Position numbers and translations under genes: made by a program
Assembly: GCF_000143415.4 (NCBI RefSeq)
Contig: NW_003314332.1
Span: 806,001 to 870,000 of the forward strand
Direction of reading: 5' to 3'
Length of the DNA stretch: 64,000 nucleotides
DNA from: Selaginella moellendorffii
Lineage: Eukaryota; Plantae; Lycopodiophyta
Part shown: in pieces, positions 40,101 to 51,142 of the stretch
How positions within the stretch are numbered: the first letter of the stretch is position 1
Layout: each line of letters starts with the position of its first letter
Notes under the pieces: generated by a model
Database searches by the model: none
What the model saw: only the letters and a program-made list of their open reading frames with translations
What the model was told of the DNA's origin: nothing

Positions 40101-43100
40101 CATTTTGAACCAGGAACTTCATTCCTTAGCCAACCAAGGACCTTGTCCTTATCTGGCCATAAGATCACCTAGTGATCTCACCTTGGCACCTTAACAGAGT
40201 TGCCAAGAGGTACTTGGTCTTCTAGACCTCCAAGTTGTTGACTATAACCCCGGGGGCATCCCCCACACTTGGCGGTGCACCCAAGCTAGCCCTTACGGCC
40301 AAGGGTTCATAGCAACTGAGATTAGGTGTCCCCATCTCACTCACCACGACCTTGGTGCCACTTGCACCAAAGCGTTCAAGTTAGATATGCCGAGCTTTCA
40401 CACTAAGCAATCTAACCGTGCATCACGACTCCGAGGCATCCCTCGCTTGGCGGTGTGCCCAAACCAGTCTCCCCACTGAGAGTCCATGACCACCGAAATA
40501 TGAGTGTCCTCATATTCCAAACCATCACCACGCCCTAGTGATTTGGGACTCGAACCCAAGCACTAGAGGGTCGGGACTCGAACCCAACCTCCGTATATGC
40601 ATCTACGGACGGCATCACACAAGATGCCTGGCGTGACTCCCCACGCCGGTGCACCAACCTATTTTTAAAGCGCGCTACAGATCACAGCTTAGGAACCTAG
40701 TTCCTCCACACTGCCAAGTCCTCTCACTTGACATGTCTGTGATCATGCATGGACTCCTCCATGCTCGGCCCCATGGCCCACCCTTTTTGAAGTTATCACC
40801 TTCAACTAGGGTATTTGTTCCCCCGACGTGCCAATCTCGCTTGGCAAGTCCTCCGACCACTGTAACATGGTTCCTGCATAAGCGTGAAAGTCCTTGACCA
40901 TCGACTTTCGTTCAAAGCCCTCTCTTTGAACACTCGGGAACTACTTCCCTAACCTTGATAGCCTTGCCTCATGGCAAGCTTCAAGACCACGCTTCTGCTG
41001 CGCCACTCTGATTTCGCGCGTTCTATGAACCATTTACACTTGGCCTTTCTAGGTACTAAGCTACTTAGAATCGTCTTTGGGAACCTTGAAGGAACTCTGT
41101 CCCTCAGCTTGCTAAGGCCTCCTTTTTTGCCAGCTTTCCAAATGCCACATAGTCTAACATGGACAATTCTATATTTTAGACTCTCCATGGCATCACGGTT
41201 GCTAGCGGCAACACCCTCAAGCCCCCACTTGATTCTCCACTCCCAGCTGGCATAACCAACCTTGGTTATGCCCTTTGATTCCTACGGTTCGGTTCTATCC
41301 CCTTACTTCTTGCTTTTTTGGCTTCACACCTTTCCTTTGGTCATTCTCCTCCAGACCAGGAGGATAGCTTTGCACTTTCGATCATGCCTTAGCAAGTATT
41401 CTTAGGGATGAACCTACCCAATAGCCCAGGGAGTGGTTCCTCAATCTGGGTATGCTCAGCTTATAATCCCATACACTGGGATTACATTGTTGCTTATGGG
41501 CCTTTACATGCCCATCACTAGCCTTGCCAAAATTCCATTTTTGGCTTTGTCCAACTTGGGTAGACAGTCCTCTCCTATCTCCGCAACCTTGAACATTTGG
41601 ATAGCACCTTCTATCCATCATTCGTTAGGGACTTAGTCCCTTGGGCTTTATCCATTGCCCTCGCGACATCAAACACCACCTCTTGGTGTTCTAGAGTGTT
41701 CGGGTGTCCCAATGACGGCTTCCTTGACAATGAGTATTTCCTTTCATGACATTGACTTACTACATCGCAACATAAGCAATTTATCCTCCGTAAGGGTATA
41801 TCTAACTTCTTTATACCATTAAGAAGTCTTGGGTAGTTACCTTCTACCCGCTTAACCAATTATCTTGCACCTCTTGCTTAGTTGCCCTATAGCTGTCAAG
41901 TCTTACAACTCATTGCTTGGTGCTTCCACACCTCCATCATTATCTGGGTCACCACACTCCAACCGCATGCCTTCCAGCTTAGGCCTTGCCATTCCCATTT
42001 CCATTGGGACTCCTTTGGCAAGGGGTCCTCATGAACCCAACAACATAGCCTCAAGGTATCACACCTTGGCACATTTGGTGTCTCCACACCATCGGCTCCA
42101 CGAGCCTACCTCTATGACACTTTTTCTTTGTGTCTAAGTCTTTGCCAAGACCAATACCGCTCTTTCTCATGCCAACCATTTGTTAGCACGGCACCATAGA
42201 GGTCACACACAACTTTGTGTCAAAGTTGTTTTTTATTTGGGAACACCTTTCCCACGACTTTTAGCACGGCACATTTTGCCATCGATGAGATACCCTCTGT
42301 TCTCATCCTTGGATCCTATGATCCCCCCCCATCCTTCGTGGGGTAAAACACACCTCAGTCCAAATGCTTCCATCAGTCCTTTTAAGACTATCCCTTGACT
42401 CTACTTGAGTCGTCTAGCAACTTTGGACTTGGTTAATCCACCGACCCGTAAGGTCCTACTTGTGAGGCACTAGCTCACTGGAATACACTTCTTGCATTCC
42501 TGTCCTACTCAAAAGGACTATTTTCACAAGTGTTACTCCGACACTTGATTTTGTTCTCTGGGGGCAACTTTTGCCCCTTAGGACTACTTGTCCATGCAAT
42601 GAGAATACCACTCATCTCTAAGTACACCCCAACTCCTTGGGTTGTTCCAGCATTTATCAAGGGTAACCTCAGTTACCATTTCGAGGACTTGTGTCCTCAC
42701 CTATACTTGACCTCCCATGGTCATCAATTCCGGTCTCAAAGTTATGAGCACCGGCCTCAACTATATGAGGGTAATCTTGTGACTCCTTTATTGTTTTGGA
42801 GTCTCTATCTTTCCCGTGATCCCAACTGTAGTTGTTTACCACAACTACATTAGCCAGTTTGCTAAGTCAAACGCTCATCTGGATCACATCCTCAACTCTT
42901 TGAGGAAAACTATATACTGTTCCCAAGATCCCAAAGTCGTTCCATTATTGGCCCTTTTCTATCCACCACCTCGTCTACAAGTTCACACATGAACTGTAAT
43001 GGAGAGCCATGTCTTCCCGACTTGCTACTCCTCAAGGATAGGCCCACTCCTCGGACCTTCCGATGCCAACACTAGTGGTGATATACTTGAACACCAATAA

Positions 43101-44999
43101 AAGTCGGACTAAGGAACAGCTCCGATACCAAGTTGTAAGCGACTAATTTTTCCATTCTACTTTAGTCACTTAACCACACCTCCGACCACTTGGAGGAGTC
43201 TCATTCACAACCTCCATAAGTCCAATTCAGGACTTGGGGCTTGCTAGCCCCGAGAATGGCATCCATGCCACTCAACCTTTGCACTTGGTCCAAGTGCTCC
43301 ACGTGTCCGATCCCATGACCGACACCCAAAGGTACCACTGACATCTCGGCCCGTCACGCTAAGGCCATGCCCATTCACCTTTGCTGTGCAAATGGTCCAA
43401 TACCACTTGCATCACCATCCCGTCTCTCCAAGACTGGGCCATCTGTCTACGAGGGGTCATCCTGGATCCACTCCTTAGCATCCTTAGGATGCCCACAGAC
43501 CTGGGGAATCGCCTTCCCCAAAGTCCCTTTGTCAGTTCCTACCAAGTCCCTTTCTGCCCCTGGCCGTGTTTGCCAACACTGCCACTGGATCGAGGCCCAC
43601 AGGCCCGACCACTAAGTCCCACGGTCCTCTGGGACTTCCTCACCACACGACTGTGTCCTTGGTCACTACCCCAGAGGACTGCTCCTCTTCCTTTCCACAG
43701 TCTGGGCCTTTGGGACGACATTTCGGAACACCGTGGCCTTACGCGAGCCACCTGGGTACTCTCCCCACCTATCGCCTTTAGGTGCTCTAGCCATGGGCTT
43801 AGAGCGAGGTTCCGTTGAGCCACGCCTAGTATCCAAGTAGGTAGTGCCACCCACACTTGGACTGGGAGCATCGGCCAGTCGATCTCCCGGGGGAACTAGA
43901 GCCGGCTCTTGAACACTTCGCCAAGCTACCCCGCTTGTCGGTCCGTATTCACTCTAGTCTTGGACTTCCCAGTGGTCAGTTCATCACCCAACACTGGGTC
44001 TGGCCTTCCTGGGCCAAACTGGCCTTTCCTGGCCAAACTGGCTCCACTGCAGTCCTCCCCCCCTTACTATACTTTTGGAGCTCACCAAACCCCCCAGGGT
44101 CTGGGAGACGAACGCTTTGGGCTTTCACCCTCTCAGGCTCCGGACTCGGACTCGGACTCGGACTCGGACTCGGATTCGGATTCGGACTCGGACTCGGGCT
44201 CGGGCTTGGTCTCGGCCTCGGCCTCGGTCTCGGTCTCGGTCCCGATCTTGGTCTCGGTCTCGGTCTCGGTCCCGGTCTCGGTCTCGGTCTCGACTTCGGA
44301 CTCCATCTCGGACTCCATCTCGGACTCCATCTCGGACTCCATCTCGGACTCCATCTCGGACTCCATTTCGGACTCCATCTCGGGTCCATCTCGGGTCCAT
44401 CTCGGACTCCATCTCGGACTCCATCTCAGGTCCATCTCGGACTCCATCTCGGACTCCATTTCGGGTCCATCTCGGGTCCACCTCGGACTCCATCTCGGAC
44501 TCCATCTCGGACTCCATCTCGGGTCCATCTCGGACTCCACTTCGGACTCCAGCTCGGGTCCATCTCGGGTCCACCTCGGACTCCATCTCGGACTCCACTT
44601 CAGACTCCAGCTCGGGTCCATCTCGGGTCCACCTCGGACTCCATCTCGGACTCCACTTCGGACTCCAACTCGGGTCCATCTCGGGTCCACCTCGGACTCC
44701 ACTTCGGACTCCATCTCGGACACTCCCACGTGTCATGTGTTGGTCCTTTTGGGTCCCTTTTTGGAGCCTCGCCTTTTGCTCGCTTCGTGCTCGTTCCTCG
44801 AGCACTTCGTTGGGAGTTTCACTCCCGCTCTTGACTTTTCAAGTCGGAGCTTTTGGTCCAAACGTGTTACGCTCGTTTGGCTTTCGCTTCAGCCACTACC
44901 ACGTGGCACCCTTTCCGGCTCCACTTTGGGGCCTAGGGATTTTGTGTCTCACAAAGTTGTAACAAGGTTTCCGTAGGTGAACCTGCAGAAGGATCATTG
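35566..44999 (+). rRNA. 18S rRNA pseudogene (35566-37305 and 44959-44999), split by LTR element A2
   Basis: Starts TACCTAGTTGATCCTGCCAG and ends GTAACAAGGTTTCCGTAGGTGAACCTGCAGAAGGATCATTG. Many transitions in universal motifs (e.g. GTGCCAGCAGTCGTGGTAA) and small deletions near 36065 and 37216. Confidence 0.97.
37306..44953 (-). mobile_element. Family A LTR retroelement, copy A2 (complete, young)
   Basis: TSD AAGTT (37301-37305 / 44954-44958). LTRs 37306-39068 and 43134-44953 are nearly identical apart from array length. PBS rc TGGTATCGGAGC at 43119-43130; PPT at 39069-39080. The internal region is a heavily decayed pol (41896-42087 echoes RNase H). Confidence 0.95.
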
Positions 45000-45103
45000 A
45001 CATACATCTGTAAACTGTAAACTGTGAACATTATATTGTACCCCGAGGGGCCATGCCCGGAGGCATGGCTGGCCGGGACACCCGATCTGGCCGCATGCAC
45101 TTG

Positions 45104-45175
45104 TGTAAGCGACCTTGGGCTTGAGTAGTACTGGGCTGGGAGACCACCTAGGAAGTCCAAACCAAGGGGTTTACA
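45104..45175 (+). mobile_element. 72-bp Cassandra-like mini solo LTR in ITS1
   Basis: TGTAAGC..TTTACA, perfect TSD ACTTG (45099-45103 / 45176-45180); the body is the 5S internal-promoter segment. Confidence 0.85.
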
Positions 45176-45296
45176 ACTTGGGCATGTGTGCCTCCTCCTT
45201 CCACTGGCTGGGGGATGTGGCACACTTGGAGGCCGTGATTGTTATCAACTAGTTGTTTTTGATCTTGTGGTCCTGTCAGGCCAAAAAAACAAAATG

Positions 45297-45452
45297 TTAC
45301 TCTCAGCAACGGATATCTAGGCTCTCACAACGATGAAGAACGCAGCGAAATGCGATACGTGATGTGAATTGCAGAATTCCGTGAATCATCGAAGTTTTGA
45401 ACGCAACTTGTGCCCGAGGTTCATCCCAAGGGCATGCCTGCCTGAGTGTCCA
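45297..45452 (+). rRNA. 5.8S rRNA (probable pseudogene)
   Basis: ACTCTCAGCAACGGATATCT..CGATGAAGAACGCAGCGAAATGCGATAC..GAATTGCAGAATTCCGTGAATCATCGA..GGGCATGCCTGCCTGAGTGTC. Confidence 0.95.
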
Positions 45453-45624
45453 CAACCATTTGCTGCCTCATGCGCACTCTGTGAGTGTGAGTGTGGGGCA
45501 AATGTGGCCGTCCGTGGACTTGTGTTCCGGTTGGCTTGATTGCATGTGGATGGTGTGGCCCCCGACTTGTCCGTGTGGCATCGATGGCATGCACCCCACC
45601 TCGTGGCGAATCACTCATGTGCAC

Positions 45625-46742
45625 GACCTCAGGTCAGGCAAGACAACCCGCTGAGTTTAAGCATATCACTAAGCAGAGGAAAAGAAACTAACAAGGATTT
45701 CCCTAGTAGCGGCGAGCAAAACGGAAAGAGCCCAGCTTGGAAATCGGGGTGTCTCTGCACCCCAAATTGTAGTCTAGAGAAGGGTCCTCTGCAGCGGACT
45801 GGGTTGGAACAGGATGCCAGAGAGGCTAAGAGCCCCGTCTAGCCCGGACCCTACTGCATCACGAGGCTCTTTCGGCGAGTCGGGCTATTTGGGAATGCAG
45901 CCTTAAGTGGGTGGTAAATTCCATCCAAGGCTAAATACTGGTGAGAGACCGATAGCGCACAAGTACCGCAAGAGAAAGATGAAAAGGACTTTGAAAAGAG
46001 AGTTAAAAAGTGCTTGAAATTGTTGGGAGGGAAGAGAATGGATGCCTTGTGCGCCCCTTGGTTGTGTGTGGAACGGCAAGAGCTGGTCTGCCAAGCAATG
46101 CAAGGGGCTGTCCAGCATGGGAGGACGCGGCGGGATAACGGCTTGTGAGCCTCTGGCTCCCTGCCAATGCCGCCGCTGCCTCTGAAAATGGCGGGGTGCT
46201 CCGGTGCCCTGCCAGATGCTGGAACTTGGGTGTTCCATCCGACCCATCTTGAAACATGGACCAAGGAGTCTAACATGTATGCAAGTCTGTGGGTGTTACA
46301 CCCGTACAAGCGAAAAAAAACTAATTCGTGGGATCCCCTTTGGGGGTGCACCACAGACTGACCTTGATCTTTTGAGAAGGGTTTGAGTGTTAGCATACCT
46401 GCTGGGACCCGAAAAGATGGTGAACTATGCCTGAGTAGGGCGAAGCCAAAGGAAACTCTGGTGGAGACTCGTAGCGATACTGACGTGCAAATCGTTTGTC
46501 AGACTTGGGTATAGGGGCGAAAGACTAATCGAACCATCTAGTAGCTGGTACCCTCCAAAGTTTCCCTCAGGATAGCTGGAGCTCTTGCTGAGTTTTATCG
46601 GGTAAAGCGAATGATTAGAGGCATCGGGGGTGAAACACCCTCGACCTATTCTCAAACTTTAAATAGGTAAAGCAGCTGGGGTTCTTTGTTGAGCCCCGGC
46701 CGTGAATGCGAGCTCCAAGTGGGCCATTTTTGGTTAAGCAGA
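45625..46742 (+). rRNA. 26S rRNA pseudogene, 5' part
   Basis: ACCCGCTGAGTTTAAGCATATC..GACCCATCTTGAAACATGGACCAAGGAG..GGGCCATTTTTGGTTAAGCAGA. Confidence 0.95.
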
Positions 46743-48784
46743 TTGACTAGGCCATTTTCGGTACATTCGTCCGAGGCATAGGATCATCCACCCGGTAACC
46801 CGGTACCGACCACGACCAAAACGATTTCCCTAAACAATTCCTATGTCACCTCCTACGGTTTGGGTGTCCAGGGGGTACCTGTATCATGGAAGACGAGGAT
46901 TAGTAATGCAATCTCCACTAGCTCTATCTCTCATTTTGTGAAAGTACGAAGCTAGGTTTCAAAACTGAACTGAGATTTGCACGACTGATGCTCGCGAGCC
47001 AATGTACTCAGGTACATGCCCGGGCCACACATCAGAAGTGAATTCCAAAGATTAGGACTAAGGAGCATGCTCAACCTGATCGCTATCCGTTGACTCATGG
47101 ATCTCGCCGTTGGGACCAGTCGCTGTCATCCCGTCTTTTTTCTAAGCGGATGATTAGAAGCTGGAACCATCGATATCACGAGCACTACCTGGGCAGAGTC
47201 AGTGAGAGCCCCTTGTGTCGCCGTGGTGTTTAGTTCCAGTGCTCTGGCTGAGAGAGATTCCTACAGACCAAGGGTAAAAGGACGTAGAAAAACGAATCAT
47301 TTGTACCCATTTTTGCGTGGCCAGGAATGCGGTAGTGAGATTCCTCGCGACCTTAGTGGTGGGTGTAAGCTCGTTTTGAGCTATTCCCAAACAAACACTT
47401 CGTTGGCGCTGCTCATTCTTGCGGTGTGCAACGAAGCGGCTGTTGATCCTGGAGTGGGTGGGAAATGTGCGTGGTTGTGCTAGCGCACAGCCTTGCAGCG
47501 GCCCAGGCTTGCTCTGCTTGTGAGTGTGCTCCTGGAGAATGCGGCAGCGGCGGATACAAGCTAGAAACCCTAACGTTAGGGTTTTTCCCGTCACTTCATA
47601 CCTTTCGGTGTGAGAAAATCCAGCGCCCGCAGCCATGAAGTCGAATAGCTATAGCTTGTAATTAGGTTTGCCTATCCATACAGCATGTTTCTTCCCGGGA
47701 TTCTGTGAGGAATCCAAGGTTTTGTTTTTTACCATGCCACGTCTACTCATGTGTCCCATTAGTTTATCTATGGGGAAACAGAGTTTTCTGTAAGTAAGGT
47801 TTCCTTAAAAATTATTTTTAAAGAAGGCCTTCTTGCGATTAAGCGTGGGATCTATCTCAGAATGAGAGAGCAGCAACTTGTGTTGTATTTTTATTTTCTA
47901 ATCAAAACACAGTTGTAGTCAATGGTACGCCCACACATCTTAGTTTAGCGCGTAACCAAGGATTGCATGGTAAGTTTGGGGGAACTAATTCTTTTGTTGT
48001 TCACAGTCCAAAGAGGCATAAATATTGAATCTATTATGTTTCGATATGATGCTAAAGTGATGGATAATCCTGTCTGGAAGACAGAGTTCCTGGTGCTCAG
48101 CTTGAGTTTGCTGAGTCGTCGAGCTGTGGTGGGCAATTGGCCGGCTCTCAAAGAGAATGTCAAAGAGAATTTCTATGACTGCTTGCACCGGTGTCAGGGG
48201 GCTGGTGAGAATGATACGATCCAGACCACTAAGGATGAGTCGTCTCAATGCATAGCGATGGAATCCTTTTTCCACGAAGCATTCAATGAGATTATCAATC
48301 TCAAGGAGATGCCACCGGTGGTGTTAATCAGATAGAAAAGCGCGAAGACTTGCCCCAGGATTACTTTGGATGAGTTTGCAATGGGTCGGTTTGAATCTTG
48401 ATGAATGTACAACAAGACTTTGAGTGGAAGTGATTGGCACTTGTCATATTTTGTAGTTAAGAAAGTGCCATCAACCCGTATGACTTGGATCTGAAGGCTC
48501 AAGAAGTGAGCAGACATATTCACGAGTGAGCCGTCCGTGCCTATGAGTGGATTATCCATCTCATTTTGCATGGCAAGGAATCGTAATGGATATATCCAGA
48601 ACGGATTTCCTTCGGATTCAACTTGATCAGGGTCAAGGAAGAAGAGGATCATGGGGTTATTCATTGACACCAGATCGTCCATGTACCGGAAAGTGTGTTC
48701 AAATAGGCATAGCAGATCGTACCAGCCTAAACAAGCGAGTCGAGTGATAAAGTTATACTCGAAGTAGAATAGGTACAGATTACA
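46743..48784. mobile_element. Unclassified ~2-kb insertion in 26S
   Basis: Splits the normally contiguous TAAGCAGA|ACTGGCGATG. Apparent TSD GCAGA/CCAGA; ends (T)TGAC..TTACA; no recognisable domain. Confidence 0.65.
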
Positions 48785-48947
48785 CCAGAACTAGCGATGC
48801 GGGATGAAACGAAAGCAGGGCTACGGTGCCAAAGTGCGCGCTAACCCAGATCCCACAAAGGGTGTTGATTGATTAAGACAGCAGGACGGTGGTCATGGAA
48901 GTTGAAATCCGCTAAGGAGTGTGTAAGAACTCACCTGCCGAATCAAC
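48785..48947 (+). rRNA. 26S rRNA pseudogene, continuation (then deleted)
   Basis: CAGAACTAGCGATGCGGGATGAA..AAGACAGCAGGACGGTGGTCATGGAAG..AACTCACCTGCCGAATCAAC. Confidence 0.93.
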
Positions 48948-51142
48948 ACGCTCACATGTCCACTCCACTCTCTCCCAGCGGCCACTCTTCTCTCCTCTTG
49001 CCTTGGCACCTTCCCTCTCCTCTCCGCCCTCCCTCACCATTCTTCTAGTCCGACTTTGTCCTCTCTCGCTAGTCCGACTTTGCCAATGGGGTTTTAATTA
49101 GTTTAGCCTCTATAAACCATAGAGTCTGATTTCAACATGCTCGAAACCGGGAAAGAGCTCTTCAAGATTTTTAGGGGGGGGTGGGACGAGGGGGACAAAG
49201 TAGAACTGGTACTCAAGCCCATGATGTCCGATGTCCAAGCTTCCGAAGTTCCTGGTGTGGAACTCTGTCGACTCGGGGAGGTACACGTGCCTTCATTCCT
49301 GAACATGTGCTGCCAAATCCATATTGGTGGCTTCCACGTCCATTCTTCTTCTCCAGCCTCACTTCTTCCTCTAAAAAACGGCCACAGCTCCTTCTCCTTT
49401 GCTATCTTCCCTTCCTCGCCTCGTTTTATCAGCGTGTCCAGGCGGGCCGCGAGTGAGACAATCAGTCTGGACCAAACCTTTGAGATAGTTGCTCGAGCCG
49501 AGGGGTCTGTGTCCTCGAACAGCCTGGTGCAGCGAGCCTTCCATATCTCTGCTAGTGTGCATCCCCGAAGTGCATCGAAGAGCTCCTGGTGGAGATGCGT
49601 AATGTGTGTCCGAGTTTGGTTGAGTTGATCAAAGTGTGAGGCCTTGTTGTGTCTCCACTTCCATGCATCAGGATTCTTTGTTTTCCCTGGATGAAGCTAC
49701 CCCAGAGCGCTGATTCGTATGTGATTGCAGCTCCTCCGGTTGACGTTCGTTTGAGTACCGCTGCTGCACCTTCCCATACTTCCTGTGCAGCCGGACATTC
49801 CCATAAGATGTGTCGCTGAGTTTCTGTGGCGCCACAGGTCTTGCAGGCTGTGTTCGGAAGATGTATGGCGACCAGAGAGGGAAGACGTTCTTGTTGGGCT
49901 AGCCACATGAAGTAGCAGTTCTTAGCTGACCAGCGCCCCTTCCAGATCTTGTTGATGTAGTGTGAGTGGTTCCTGGAACGGATCTGTTGGGCCTTTGCTT
50001 TCCGGATGAGGGAGGATCGAGTCGGCACCCTGATCAGTTTGCGGCCTAGCTTGGTCTCGTACTGGAAGAAGTCCTTGCACATGGTTCCCCTCCAATGCCA
50101 CTCTGCGGGATCCCACTTGAGTTCGTCCAAGGTTTGTTGGCGGAACCAGTAGAGGCAAGCATACTAGTTTTCTGGGATCAAAGGATCAACGTTGGCAGTT
50201 TTTTTCTCCATTTGAATCACTCTAATCGGTTTAGCTCTGCTCATGTCGGGGAGGTCCTCGTACTCGGGGGTAACGATGGGGTACAAACGTCCGGCCTGTC
50301 CTGCCTCGAAGACTAGTCCCGATGCCATGTTGGGGAGGGTGCATACGATCGATTCATCCACCTTCCACCAACGATGGTGCTGATCTTCTTGCAGGTTTAG
50401 TCATTCAAGGCATGCGTGTTTGGCTGCTAAAAAGGCTGTCTGGAATTTACACATAAGCTCTATTTCGTTAAAGTGGGATTTATTCAGTAAAATGGGACTA
50501 GGTACAAATTTTCAAGTATTTGAAAATGACGTGAAATTATATGTTTTTGGTCCAGGGGCTAGACATATCTGGGGCATGGTGACTAGCGCGGTGACTTTGT
50601 GTCCAGACTGAGTCCATCTGGTTGTATAATAAATCTCATTGTCAAGGTGAACAAGCCGAATCTGAAACTAAAGAAGAGCGATGGCATGCGCGCACACACT
50701 ATTTGTTTGTTCATTGAGCGTGTGGTGAGCTTTCCAAGATGAACGTCATTCCTATTAGCCAGACATATAACTTAATGGTGAGAACATTTAGATATTATTC
50801 AATGTTATCTTTTTCTAACGAATCTAATTGTGAAGGTGTAGCAAGAGGCATTGCTAGTCTGGAGAAGTCATTTAACTCATTTGACCCTTAGTGTATTTTC
50901 ATGAAACTAAATAACATTCATATTATTAGGAATTTCTCTAGTACCTTTTTTTTACGACATAGAGTCTTGCATTTCTTTCAAAGGTGATTTAGTAAAAGGC
51001 CTGAGGGCACATGCCATTCTATTTCTCAGACTGGTATTAAGATATACTAGTGCAAAGGGCCACATGCCATCACGCCTCCTCTGATTCAGATTCGGATTGT
51101 TCACCTTGAAATAAAATACATTAGAAACTTAGTAAAGGAATA

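Noticed and set aside
49083-50454. R2 retrotransposon
   Set aside because: Different site and orientation from R2, and the C-terminus is zf-RVT type with no restriction-like endonuclease motif visible.
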